A DNA stretch of 64,000 nucleotides from Myxococcota bacterium (GTDB taxonomy: Bacteria; Myxococcota_A; UBA9160; JAFDDA01): the NCBI GenBank assembly GCA_965228475.1, contig OZ245817.1, positions 1,856,001 through 1,920,000 of the forward strand, given 5' to 3'. Shown piece by piece: positions 18,563 through 28,477 of the stretch (position 1 is the stretch's first letter; the number at the start of each line of letters is the position of its first letter). The notes beneath the pieces are model-generated. The model saw only the letters and a program-made list of their open reading frames with translations. It was not told where the DNA came from and ran no database searches. The position numbers and the translations under genes are program-made.

Positions 18563-19573
18563 CTAGCCGCGGAGTTCGGCCATGGCCGCGGCGCGTTCTC
18601 CTGCGGGCAGGAAGTCGAGGGCGCTCATCAGCCGGTCGACGCGGCCGCCGAAGCGCTCCTTCATGCGGGCGACCACCTCGCCGGGCGCCGCCACGACGGC
18701 GAACTGTTCGAGGATCTCGTCCGTGATGAGGGTGCCCATCTCTTCCCACTTGCCCTGCTTCGAGAGGTGGTTGAGCTCGGTCTGGAGCTCGCCCCAGCCG
18801 TGGGCTTCGAGCACGCCGCGGTAGGCGGGCGTCGAGCCGTAGAAGGCGATCTGCCGCGTGATGCCGGTGCGAGCGGCCTCGAAGGCCTTCTCGTCCTCCC
18901 CGGTGACGACGAAGCCGGGCAGGGTGAGGGTGAAGTCGCTGCGGCTGCGGCCGGCCTTCTCGAGGCCGCGCTCGATGGCGGGGAGCGTCACCTCGTCGAG
19001 GTACTTCGGCGTGGTGAAGGCGTGCACGATCATGCCGTCGGCGACTTCGCCCGCCGTCTCCGTCATGCGCGGGCCGACGGCCGCGAGGTAGACGCGCGGC
19101 GGGCCGTATTCCGTGTCCGTCGGCGTGAACATGGGCGTCATCAGCGTGTGGGTGTAGAACTCGCCGCGGAAGTCGAGGGGCTTGCCCTCGTACCAGTTCG
19201 CCCAGATCGCGCGGGTGGCGAGGATGAGTTCGCGCATGCGGGCCGCCGGGCTCGACCACGGCATGCTGAAGCGCTTCTGGATGTGCGGACGGATCTGCGA
19301 GCCGAGCCCGAGGATGAAGCGGCCCTTCGAGTAGGCGTTCAGGTCGTGGCCGAGGTTCGCGAGCAGCATCGGGTTGCGCGCGAAGGCGACCGCGATCGAG
19401 GTCATGAGTTCGATGCGCTCGGTGTGCTCGGCGGCGAGGGTGAGCGGCAGGAACGGGTCGTGGGCCATCTCGGCGGTGATCAGGCCGTCGAAGCCTGCTT
19501 GCTCGAGGGCACGGGCGCGTTCGGCGACCTCCCCGAGGCCTCCCATCAAGCCGGCATCGATCTTCATCGGCAT
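18563..19573 (-). CDS. LLM-class (probably F420-dependent) oxidoreductase
   Basis: AEMAHDPF, TSIAVAFARNP, GRFILGLGSQIRPHI, IAFYGSTPAY. Confidence 0.88.
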   Translation of the reverse strand: MPMKIDAGLMGGLGEVAERARALEQAGFDGLITAEMAHDPFLPLTLAAEHTERIELMTSIAVAFARNPMLLANLGHDLNAYSKGRFILGLGSQIRPHIQKRFSMPWSSPAARMRELILATRAIWANWYEGKPLDFRGEFYTHTLMTPMFTPTDTEYGPPRVYLAAVGPRMTETAGEVADGMIVHAFTTPKYLDEVTLPAIERGLEKAGRSRSDFTLTLPGFVVTGEDEKAFEAARTGITRQIAFYGSTPAYRGVLEAHGWGELQTELNHLSKQGKWEEMGTLITDEILEQFAVVAAPGEVVARMKERFGGRVDRLMSALDFLPAGERAAAMAELRG

Positions 19574-19590
19574 CCTCTCCTCGCGCCGGA

Positions 19591-21110
19591 TCAGGGGCGG
19601 GCGCGCTTCGCCCGCACCCTAGCAGGGCCGCGGGTGCCGCCGAAATCCGCAAGGGCCTGTGCCATCCGCTCGATGCCTTCGCCGATGGCCTCGGGGGAGA
19701 GGGCCGCGTACCCGAGCAGGAAGCCCGCGCGCTCCGGAGGCCGGGCGTAGTAGGGGTGGATCGGGTAGAGGCCGACGCCCCGCTGCTCGCAGGCGCGACG
19801 GAAGACGGACTCCTCGCTGCGAGGGAGGTCCGGGATCCAGAGCAGCCCGTGCAGGCCCGCCCGGGTGCCCTCGAGCTCCGCCGCTTCGGGCAGGTGCCGG
19901 CGACGGCGGCCTCGAGGGCTTCGCGCCGCCTGCCGTTCAGGACGCGCGCCCGCCGCACGTGTCGTTCGAGGTGGCCTTCCTCGATGAACTCGGCGAGCAC
20001 GCGCTGCTCGAGGTTCGAGGAGCCGGTGTCCGCGTAGGCCTTCGCGAGGGTGAAGGGGCGCACGAGCGCTTCGGGGAGCACCAGCCAACCGAGTCGGAGA
20101 GAAGGGAAGAGGACCTTGCTCGCGGTGCCGAGGTAGAGCACGTGCCCGCCGCGGTCGAGCCCTTGCAGGGAAGGTACGGGGCGCCCTTCGTAGCGGTACT
20201 CGCCGTCGTAGTCGTCCTCGAGCACGAAGGCGCGTTCGCGCTCCGCCCAGGAGAGCAGGGCGAGGCGTCGCTCGAGCGAAAGCACGCCTCCCGTCGGGAA
20301 CTGGTGCGAGGGCGTGACGCACACGCCGCGCAGGCCGCCTTGCGTCTCGAGTTCGTCGATGCGCAGACCCTCGCCGTCGACGGGGACCGGCACGACCTCG
20401 GCGCCGTAGGCGGCCAGGGCGTAGCGGAAGCCCGAGTAGTGGGGCTCTTCGAGGGCGATGCGGTCGCCCGGGTCGAGCAGGACGCGGCCGATCAGATCGA
20501 TCGCCTGCTGCGAACCGTGCGTGATCAGGATCTGTTCCGGGCGGCAGGCGACGCCGCGTGCGCGCCGCAGGTATCCGGCCAGGGCCTCGCGGAGCTCCGG
20601 GGCGCCGGCCGGTTCCCCGTAGGCGAGCTTGCGCACGCTGGCGCGCCGGGCGTGCCGGCCGAGCAGGCGGCACCAGGTCTCGAGGGGGAGGTCGCCGTAC
20701 GCCGGTTCGCCGTAGCGGAAGTCGTAGGGGAGGTTCTTGCGCGGGATGGCCCAGCTGACGCCGCCGCGCGGGGCCATGCCGACCATGCGCACGGCGGCCT
20801 GCGAGAGCGCAAGGGCCGGGCGGTCCGCTGCGCTTCGGGGCGCCGCGGGTTCGGCGGGGAGGGCCGCGTCGTCCGGCAGGCTCCCGGCCACGTAGGTTCC
20901 CGATCCGGTCTTCGCGACCACGTAGCCTTCGTCGCGGAGCTGGTCGTAGGCCTGGAGCAGGGTGTTTCGCGAGACGCCGAGCTCCCGCGCCAGGAGCCGG
21001 GTCGCCGGGAGGCGCGCGCCACGCCGAAGGCTTCCTTCAAGGATGGCACCACGGAGTGCCCGGTAGGCCTGCTGGTGGAGGGCGCCTTCGCCGTCGAGTT
21101 CGAGCCACAT
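19591..21110 (-). pseudogene. MocR/PdxR-family regulator (GntR HTH + PLP aminotransferase-like domain), frameshifted near 19899 (may be a sequencing error)
   Basis: RLPATRLLARELGVSRNT HTH, EDDYDGEYRY, GTASKVLFPSLRLG; C-terminus (AGLHGLLW...GFLLGYAAL) continues in another frame. Confidence 0.8.
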
Positions 21111-21187
21111 GGGGCCTCCAATTGGCTCCATCCATACGATAGAAACGGCTCTTGTGGAAGGGCCTATTTCGGGCGAGTGTGGAAACC

Positions 21188-21994
21188 ATGGCGGCCGACG
21201 TCGACGGATTCCTGCGGCACTTCGTGGCCTTCGGCGCGCGCCCGGACACGGAGCGCTACCTCCGCCTGTTCCACCCCGAGGCGACCCTGTTCGACGCGGG
21301 CATGCCGCAGCCGATCACGGTGCCGGAGATTCCGGAGCACATCGAGGGGATCCTGAAGCTCGTCCCGGACTTCCGCATGACCCCGGAACGCTGGCGCGAG
21401 CGCGGGGGGACGCTCTTCGTCGAGGCGCGCAACACCGCGAGCCTCGGCACGACCGCCCTCGATTGGCGCTCGGTCTACTGCATGGACCTCTCGGAAGACC
21501 GCGTCCTGCGCGGCCGCCGCTACTACGACCGGCGGGCCCTCTACGGGAAGCTCGACCCGACCCTCCCGAGTCTGCCCGCGCCCGACCCGGCTGCGACACC
21601 GGAATGCGTCGATCCGGCCGAGGCCGAGCCGTGCTTCGATGCCGACGAGAGGACACGCCGCCTCGGGGAAGCCCTCGAGGCCGGCAACGCGGCGGAGCTC
21701 GCGGCGCTCTTCCGGGACGACGCGACCCTCGCGAGCCCGGAGCTCGGCCGCCCCTTCGCGCGCAGCGAGCTCACCGCGTGGCACGCGGCCCTTCATCGTC
21801 TCCTCCCGGGTCTGCGCTTCGAACGGCTCGCGTTCGCCGGCGACGCCGCGCTCTCCTTCGCCGAGTGGCGCGTCACCTGCGGTCCGATCTCGTTCACGCG
21901 CGTCGACCGGCTCGACTGCGCCGCGGGCTCGATTCTTGCGGCCCGCGCCTACTTCGACACCCTCGAACTCGCAACACGGTTGGAGGCCCGGTGA
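21188..21994 (+). CDS. Tandem NTF2/SnoaL-like domain protein
   Basis: LFHPEATL...RRYYD and LFRDDATL...RAYFD repeated SnoaL-like units. Confidence 0.75.
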   Translation: MAADVDGFLRHFVAFGARPDTERYLRLFHPEATLFDAGMPQPITVPEIPEHIEGILKLVPDFRMTPERWRERGGTLFVEARNTASLGTTALDWRSVYCMDLSEDRVLRGRRYYDRRALYGKLDPTLPSLPAPDPAATPECVDPAEAEPCFDADERTRRLGEALEAGNAAELAALFRDDATLASPELGRPFARSELTAWHAALHRLLPGLRFERLAFAGDAALSFAEWRVTCGPISFTRVDRLDCAAGSILAARAYFDTLELATRLEAR

Positions 21995-22428
21995 CCCTTT
22001 CCGCCGAAGCGACGAGCGCCATCGAGAAGTTCATCGTCGGCGCGCCCTACGGCCAGCTGCTCGGCCTCACCTGCGAGCGCATCGAGCCCGACCGCGTGTG
22101 CGTACGCCTGCCGTACCGGGAGGCGCTGACGACCCTCGGCGAAATGGTGCACGGGGGCGCGATCGCGTCGCTCGTCGACGTGGCGGCGACGGCCGCGGCC
22201 TGGGCCCACCCGGAGGCGAGCTTCGGCGCCCGGGGCACGACCGTCGGCTTCAACGTCAACTATCTCGCACCGGGGCTCGGATGCGACCTGGTCGCCGACG
22301 CGCGCATCGTGAAGCGCGGTGGCTCGCTTTGCGTGATCGACGTCGCCGTCGCCAGCCCGGAAGAGACGCCCGTCGCCCGCGCCCTCGTCACCTACAAGCT
22401 CTCGCTGGCCCGGCCGGCGGACGCCTAG
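21991..22428 (+). CDS. PaaI-family hotdog thioesterase
   Basis: VHGGAIASLVD motif; GTGA overlap with upstream gene. Confidence 0.88.
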   Translation: MTLSAEATSAIEKFIVGAPYGQLLGLTCERIEPDRVCVRLPYREALTTLGEMVHGGAIASLVDVAATAAAWAHPEASFGARGTTVGFNVNYLAPGLGCDLVADARIVKRGGSLCVIDVAVASPEETPVARALVTYKLSLARPADA

Positions 22429-22437
22429 GAGTCCCGC

Positions 22438-23370
22438 ATGTCGGATCTCGCACGCTTCCTCGAGTACGCCCGCGCCTTCGAACTCGCCCAGGCGATCGAC
22501 GACTTCTCCCTGATCGAACCCTTCTTCGCGGCCGACGCCGTCCACTTCGTCGCGGGGTCGGGGCCGTTGGCCGCCGACGACCACGGCCGCGAAGCGGTCG
22601 TCGCCGGACTGCGGGCCAGCGTGCAGGGCCTCGACCGCCGCTTCGACCTGCGGGTTCCGGAGATCCTCGAAGGCCCGGTTCCCCGGGAAGACGGCGTCTG
22701 GATGCGCTTCGGCCTGCGCATGCAGCGGGCCGGACTGCCCGACCTGGTCTTCGAGGGGGAGCACCTGACGCGCTACGACGACGCCGGCGCCATCGTGCGG
22801 ATCGACGAGAAGATCCTCGGCGACGGCGAAGCCGAAGTCGCGGAGTACCTGGCCCAGCACGACCACGCGCTGCGTCCCGCGGCGAGTCCGGCCGATCTGC
22901 CCGGGGAGACCGGGCTCGCCACCCTCCGGGATGCCCAGCAGCGAAGCCTCGTGCGGGCCTACGGCCATGCGAAGAGCGCCCGCGACGCGGACGCGGCCCT
23001 GGCCGTCTGCCACCCGGACTTCCGGATCGACACGCTGCCGTTCCGGCTCTGCACGAAGGATCGCGACGACACGCGCAACCAGCTCGCGGTCTTCTTCTCG
23101 GTCTTCCCGGACTACCGCGTCGAGACCGAAGCGGTCGTGGCCGGGGCGGATGGCGCCGCGTGGTGGGGCACGATGAGCGTGACCTTCGCGGGCGCCCTGC
23201 TCGGCATCGAGCCGACCGGGCGGGCGAGCCGTCAGCCGGCCTTCTCGGCCTTCGATTTCAAGGATGGACTCTTGAGCCGCGAGCGGTTCTACTTCGATCT
23301 CGGCACCCTGTGCGAGAACACCGGGATGCCCGCTGCGGAGCTCGAGCGCGCCCTGGCGCTCCTGCGCTGA
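22438..23370 (+). CDS. NTF2/SnoaL-like + ester-cyclase-like two-domain protein
   Basis: FFAADAV; FFSVFPD...G.LLGIEPTGR...FKDGLLSRERFYFD. Confidence 0.75.
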   Translation: MSDLARFLEYARAFELAQAIDDFSLIEPFFAADAVHFVAGSGPLAADDHGREAVVAGLRASVQGLDRRFDLRVPEILEGPVPREDGVWMRFGLRMQRAGLPDLVFEGEHLTRYDDAGAIVRIDEKILGDGEAEVAEYLAQHDHALRPAASPADLPGETGLATLRDAQQRSLVRAYGHAKSARDADAALAVCHPDFRIDTLPFRLCTKDRDDTRNQLAVFFSVFPDYRVETEAVVAGADGAAWWGTMSVTFAGALLGIEPTGRASRQPAFSAFDFKDGLLSRERFYFDLGTLCENTGMPAAELERALALLR

Positions 23371-23444
23371 CGGCGCCGATTCATCGCTCCCGCGCCTGAC
23401 CATCGCTCCGGTGGCGATGGGGCCGGGGGCCGGAAGGACCTGCC

Positions 23445-25628
23445 ATGCCCGAAGCCCTTCATCGCGCCTGTCACCTGTGCGAGGCCGGCTGCGGCCTGAG
23501 CTTCCAGGTCGAGCACGGCAAGATCCTCGCCGTCCGCCCGGACCGGGAAGACCCGCGCTCCCAGGGCTACGCCTGCCCGAAGGGCATCCACATCGCGGAC
23601 ATCCAGGAAGACCCGGATCGCATCCGGCGCCCGCTGCGGCGGACCGCCTCCGGCGACTTCGAGGAGGTGAGCTGGGAGGTCGCGCTCGGCGAGACGACCG
23701 AGCGGCTCGCGGCCATCCGCAAGCGCGACGGCGCCGACGCCCTCGGCATCTACATGGGGACGCCCGTGGTGCACGACCACGGCGCTTCGCTCGTGCGCTC
23801 GGGCCTGCTCGAGGCGCTCGGGACGCGCAACAGCTTCAGCGCCGGATCCCAGGATACGAGCCCGCGCTTCGCGACCTCGTGGCATCTCTACGGCAGCTCT
23901 TTCGTGGTGCCGATCCCCGACGTCCAGCGCACGGATTACTTCCTGTGCATCGGCGCGAATCCGATCGTCTCGAACGGCAGCGCGATGACGGCGCCGGACA
24001 TGCGGCGGCGCCTGCGGGCCCTGAAGGAGCGCGGCGGCCGGCTCGTCGTGGTGGACCCGCGCCGCACGGAGACCGCCCGCGAGGCCGACGAACACGTCGC
24101 GGTTCTGCCCGGCGGCGACGCGGCGCTCCTGTTCGGGATGCTCCGCGTGCTGCTCGACGAGGGCCTCGAAGACCGCGCCGCCATCGATGCGACGGCGTCG
24201 GGTTTCGCCGAGGTCGAGGCGCGCGTCCGCCGCCTCGAGCCGAAGGCCCTGGCGCGCTCGTCCGGTGTTCCGTGGGAAGTGATCGCGCGGCTGGCGCGCG
24301 AGTTCGCGGCGGCGCCGAGTTCCGTCGCCTATTCGCGGATCGGGGTCTGCAACAGCCGCTACGGCAGTCTCGCCACCTACGCCGGCGACCTGTTGAACCT
24401 CGCCGCCGGCCGTCTCGGCGCCGTGGGGGGCGCGATGTTCCCCGTGCCCGCCGCGGACCTCTCCCGCATGTCGCGGCTTCCGGGCATGGACGGCCACGGC
24501 CGTCGGCGAAGCCGCGTGCGGGGGCTGCCCGAGACCCTCGGGGATCTTCCCTCGGCCTGTCTGGCCGAGGAGATCGAGACCGAAGGCCCCGGACAGATCC
24601 GCGGCCTGATCACCTACGCGGGGAACCCGGTCCTCTCGGTGCCGAACGGCAAGCGCCTTGACCGCGCCTTCGCGAGCCTCGAGTTCATGGTCTCGATCGA
24701 CCTCTACCTGAACGAGACCACGCGCCACGCCGACATCCTCCTCCCGACCGCGTGGTCCCTGACCGAGGAACACTACGACGTGTTCTTCGCGAACTTCGCC
24801 GTCGAAGACTACGCGCGGCTCTCGCCGCCCGTCGTCGAGAAACAGGCCGAGGACCGCAACGATTGGGAGATCCTGCTCGCCCTGGCCGAGGGCCTCGGCG
24901 GCGGGCTGAGCGGCGTCGGCCCGCTCGACGCCCTGGTTCGCGCGGCGCGCAAGCGCGGGTACGGCCTGACGCCGGACCACGTGCTCGACGCCCTGCTGCG
25001 CACGGGGGCCCACGGCGACGGCTTCCTGCCGAAGCCGCTCCGGTTCGGCCGCTACCGCGACGGGCTCTCCCTCGCCGCGCTGCGGGAGATGCCGCGCGGG
25101 GCCCATCTCGGACCGATGCAGCCGGGGGTGGCGCACCGGGTCCTGCATCGGGAGGGCCGTGTTCGCGTTGACCCGGCGCCGTTCCTCGACGCTTTCGACG
25201 ACTGGGCCCGGGATCCGGCCGCGGCCACGCCGGCCGAAGGCGATCTCCTGCTGGTCGGCCGGCGCGAGATCCGCTCCAACAACTCCTGGATGCACAACGT
25301 GCCGGCGATGGTCTCGGGCCGCGACCGCTGCGTGCTCACGGTTCATCCGGAGGATGCCGCGCGCCTCGGGCTCGAAGACGGCGGCACCGCCGTGCTCGAG
25401 AGCCGCATCCACGCGGGAGCGGTTCCGGTCGCCGTCTCCGACGAGATGCGGCCCGGCGTGGTGAGTCTTCCGCACGGTTGGGGTCACCAGCGCGCGGCGG
25501 CGACGCTGCGGGTCGCCGGTGAGCTGCCCGGCGTCTCCTTCAACGATTGGAGCGACGATGCCGTCACCGAAGCCGTGGTCGGGCAGTCGGTGCTGAACGG
25601 CGTCCCCGTGACGGTCCGCGCGGCCTGA
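23445..25628 (+). CDS. Molybdopterin (bis-MGD) oxidoreductase with N-terminal 4Fe-4S cluster
   Basis: CHLCEAGC...CPKG; GANPIVSNG, VVVDPRRTETA; SNNSWMHN; VHPEDAARLG; LPHGWGH; no Tat signal. Confidence 0.9.
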   Translation: MPEALHRACHLCEAGCGLSFQVEHGKILAVRPDREDPRSQGYACPKGIHIADIQEDPDRIRRPLRRTASGDFEEVSWEVALGETTERLAAIRKRDGADALGIYMGTPVVHDHGASLVRSGLLEALGTRNSFSAGSQDTSPRFATSWHLYGSSFVVPIPDVQRTDYFLCIGANPIVSNGSAMTAPDMRRRLRALKERGGRLVVVDPRRTETAREADEHVAVLPGGDAALLFGMLRVLLDEGLEDRAAIDATASGFAEVEARVRRLEPKALARSSGVPWEVIARLAREFAAAPSSVAYSRIGVCNSRYGSLATYAGDLLNLAAGRLGAVGGAMFPVPAADLSRMSRLPGMDGHGRRRSRVRGLPETLGDLPSACLAEEIETEGPGQIRGLITYAGNPVLSVPNGKRLDRAFASLEFMVSIDLYLNETTRHADILLPTAWSLTEEHYDVFFANFAVEDYARLSPPVVEKQAEDRNDWEILLALAEGLGGGLSGVGPLDALVRAARKRGYGLTPDHVLDALLRTGAHGDGFLPKPLRFGRYRDGLSLAALREMPRGAHLGPMQPGVAHRVLHREGRVRVDPAPFLDAFDDWARDPAAATPAEGDLLLVGRREIRSNNSWMHNVPAMVSGRDRCVLTVHPEDAARLGLEDGGTAVLESRIHAGAVPVAVSDEMRPGVVSLPHGWGHQRAAATLRVAGELPGVSFNDWSDDAVTEAVVGQSVLNGVPVTVRAA

Positions 25629-25665
25629 GCCGCCCGCGCTCGCGCTGCGGAGCGGCCGCGCTTCG

Positions 25666-26139
25666 CTACTTGCTGTAGTTCTTGCCGCTCGGCGTCTTCC
25701 CGCCGTGCTGCGGGACCGAGTAGTTCTGGGGCACCTCGGGCGCCGACGGCCGGTCCGGCCGCGGCCGCAGCACGGAGTCCGGGATCTTTCCGCTCCGCAG
25801 GCCCGCGCCCTTGCCCGAAGGGTCGGTGTCGTCGTCCATCCCGCTGCCGGTCCCCTCGCTCGGGTCCTCTTCCTGGGGTTCGTAGCCTTCGGGGACGTCG
25901 CCCTCGAAGCTCAGCTCCGAGGGGAGGTCTCCCGTCGGCCGGATGAAGCCGTCGGAGTTCTCTTCGGGGACGTCGGGCTCGAGGCCGTCGTAGCAGCCGA
26001 GGCACTCGGCGCATTCCCGCGGAATTCCCAGGCTGTCGAGGAGTTCCTGCTCGACATCGCAGCCGCCGAGCAGCATGGGGATCACGAGCGTGGCCGAGGC
26101 GATGCTCGGGACGAGCCAGCGTCGAAGGGTCGGGTTCAT
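25666..26139 (-). CDS. Putative lipoprotein with CxxCxxC motif and low-complexity tail
   Basis: Lipobox LGGC; CAECLGC; acidic/Pro-rich remainder. Confidence 0.55.
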   Translation of the reverse strand: MNPTLRRWLVPSIASATLVIPMLLGGCDVEQELLDSLGIPRECAECLGCYDGLEPDVPEENSDGFIRPTGDLPSELSFEGDVPEGYEPQEEDPSEGTGSGMDDDTDPSGKGAGLRSGKIPDSVLRPRPDRPSAPEVPQNYSVPQHGGKTPSGKNYSK

Positions 26140-26183
26140 GGCGGGGAGCCTACGCGACGGACCCGGGGATGCGGAAGTGTGGG

Positions 26184-27434
26184 TCAGAGCCCTCGGTTCT
26201 GTGCGCCGCGGGGGCCCTGAGCGGCCAGGCCCGCGAGGTTCTCGCGCATGATCTTGCGCGTGCTCTCGGCGGAGAGCCCCTCGAGCTCCTCCTGGAACTC
26301 CGAAGGCCAGACGAGCCCTTCGGGGTGGGGATAGTCCGAGCCGCAGAGCACCTGGTCTTCGCCGAGGGCCGCGACCACCGCCGGGACGTCGTCCTCGTAG
26401 AACGGCGCGACGAAGAAGTTCCGCTTCAAGGTCTCGCTCGGGCGCAGGGGCGGCTCGCCGAAGCGCCAGAGGTCCTTGCTGAACAGGCGCGCGACGCCGT
26501 CGAGCTTGCGCAGCAGGGCCGGCACCCAGGAGGCGCCGTACTCGATCGAGAGGATGCGCAGCTCCGGGAAGCGGCCGAACAGGTTGTCGGCGACGAGCGC
26601 CGTCAGCGTGTCCGTGATCGGCCGCTCGGTGAAGGAGAGCACGTACTCCATCAGCGAATGCCGGTGCGAAGGCGGGTGCGGACGCAGCCCCCAGGGCGTG
26701 TTGTACATCTCGGAGAAGGGCGTGCGGCCGATGTGGTAGACGACGTTCAGTCCGGCTTCGTGCACGCGCGCCCAGAAGGGGTCGAAGTGCGGGTCCGCCG
26801 GGGATCGGCCGTCGATCGGGCCGGCGGTGAGGATCATGAAGCGGGCGCCGCGCTCGAGGACGCGCTCCGTCTCCGCGATGGCTTCGTCGACGTCCGCGAG
26901 GGAGTTCATCGGGGCGCCGAAGATGCGCCCGTCGGCGCCGTAGCCCCAATCCTCTTCGACCCAGCGGTTGAAGGCGCGCAGGCTCGGGTAGAGCGCCTCC
27001 CGGTGTTTCGGCTTGCGCAGCTGTGGCTCGAGGCCGACCCCCGCCGTCGGGAGCATCAGGCAGGCCTCGACGTTCTGTTCGTCCATGCGCGCGAGCCGGG
27101 CCTTGCGTTCGACGAACTCCGGGACTTCCAGGGCGTTCATGGGGGAAAGGCTCGGGCTTCCGCCTTCGTCCGTCTCGCCGCGGAGGAAGTGCTTCATGAT
27201 CCCGGGCGGGCCGATGCTGTCGCCGGCGCCGACGCTGAAGAACTCGCAGCGCTCGTTGCCGACGTACATGCGGCCGGGACGGCCGGGCTCCGAGCGGTCG
27301 ATCCACATCGTGCGATCGCGAAAGCCGGCCTCGATGTGGCGCTGGTAGCAGTCGTCGGGTTCGTAGTAGTGGTTGTCGGCGTCCCAGATCCGGTAGGGGA
27401 GGGGCGCAGCGTCGGGCGAGGTCGGTTCGGACAT
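26184..27434 (-). CDS. Amidohydrolase_2 family metal-dependent hydrolase
   Basis: DADNHYYE, FNRW, DPFWA, YHIG, GSDYPHPEG. Confidence 0.88.
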   Translation of the reverse strand: MSEPTSPDAAPLPYRIWDADNHYYEPDDCYQRHIEAGFRDRTMWIDRSEPGRPGRMYVGNERCEFFSVGAGDSIGPPGIMKHFLRGETDEGGSPSLSPMNALEVPEFVERKARLARMDEQNVEACLMLPTAGVGLEPQLRKPKHREALYPSLRAFNRWVEEDWGYGADGRIFGAPMNSLADVDEAIAETERVLERGARFMILTAGPIDGRSPADPHFDPFWARVHEAGLNVVYHIGRTPFSEMYNTPWGLRPHPPSHRHSLMEYVLSFTERPITDTLTALVADNLFGRFPELRILSIEYGASWVPALLRKLDGVARLFSKDLWRFGEPPLRPSETLKRNFFVAPFYEDDVPAVVAALGEDQVLCGSDYPHPEGLVWPSEFQEELEGLSAESTRKIMRENLAGLAAQGPRGAQNRGL

Positions 27435-27541
27435 GGCATCGCTTTCGGGGAACCCGGCGGGAGCCTAGCACCTGGTGGGGCAAGAGAGGGTTGCTCGAAC
27501 GGGCTCCGATCGCGCAAGCTGTCGCCGGGGAGGGGCGCTCC

Positions 27542-28477
27542 ATGGCATTCGACAACCGGGTGACGCGCATGCTCGGCGTCGAGGTCCCGATCGTCCAGGC
27601 GCCGATGGGCTGGATCGCCCGGGCCCCGCTCGCCTCGGCCGTTTCGGAGGCCGGCGGGCTCGGCATCATCGAGACCTCCTCGGGCGAGCTCGACGCGATC
27701 CGCGGGGAGATCCGGCGCATGCGTGAACTCACCCGGAAGCCCTTCGGCGTGAACGTGGCCCAGGCCTTCGTCCGCGACCCGGACATCGTCTCCTTCGTGA
27801 TCGACCAGGGCGTCCGCTTCGTGACGACCTCCGCCGGCGACCCGACCCGGTACACCCGTCAGCTGAAGGACGCCGGCCTCACGGTGTTCCACGTCGTGCC
27901 GACGCTGCGCGCGGCGCAGAAGGCCGTGGACGCAGGCGTCGACGGGCTCGTCGTGGAAGGCGGCGAGGGCGGCGGCTTCAAGAACCCGCGCCCGGTCTCG
28001 ACCCTGGTGCTCGTGCCGCTGATCCGGGAACGGCTCGACGTTCCGATCATCGCGGCCGGGGGCATCTGCGACGGCGCTTCCATGGCGGCAGCCTTCGCGC
28101 TCGGCGCCGAAGGCGTGCAGATGGGGACGCGCATGGTCTCGGCGGCGGAGTCGCCGGTCCACGAAGGCTGGAAGAAGGCGATCGTCGAGGCGCCGGAGAC
28201 GGGGACGGTGTTCCTGAAGCCCGAGCGGGGGCCGGCCCTCCGCGCGCTGCGTACCGAGACGACCGAACGGCTGGAAGCCGGGGAAGGGGACCCGATGGCG
28301 ACGCTCGGCGGCGGCGTGCGCGACGTGTACTTCGAGGGGCGGCTCGAGAAGGGCATCGCGCTGACCGGGCAGGTGGCGGGCCGCATCGACGGCGTCCGGC
28401 CGGTGGCGGAGATCCTCGCGGAGACCGTCCGCGAGTTCGAGGCGACGGCGGCGCGCCTGGCGGGGCCAACATGGTAG
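27542..28477 (+). CDS. Nitronate monooxygenase / FabK-like FMN oxidoreductase
   Basis: PIVQAPMG, EGGEGGG, IAAGGICDG, GAEGVQMGTR, GQVAGRI. Confidence 0.88.
   Translation: MAFDNRVTRMLGVEVPIVQAPMGWIARAPLASAVSEAGGLGIIETSSGELDAIRGEIRRMRELTRKPFGVNVAQAFVRDPDIVSFVIDQGVRFVTTSAGDPTRYTRQLKDAGLTVFHVVPTLRAAQKAVDAGVDGLVVEGGEGGGFKNPRPVSTLVLVPLIRERLDVPIIAAGGICDGASMAAAFALGAEGVQMGTRMVSAAESPVHEGWKKAIVEAPETGTVFLKPERGPALRALRTETTERLEAGEGDPMATLGGGVRDVYFEGRLEKGIALTGQVAGRIDGVRPVAEILAETVREFEATAARLAGPTW

Noticed and set aside
19890..19910. Programmed ribosomal frameshift in the MocR gene
   Set aside because: No slippery heptamer; a simple 1-nt deletion explains it
17841..21131. 1096-aa ORF as a giant MocR fusion protein
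   Set aside because: Artefact of the frameshift near 19899 reading through the LLM gene off-frame into a separate downstream gene
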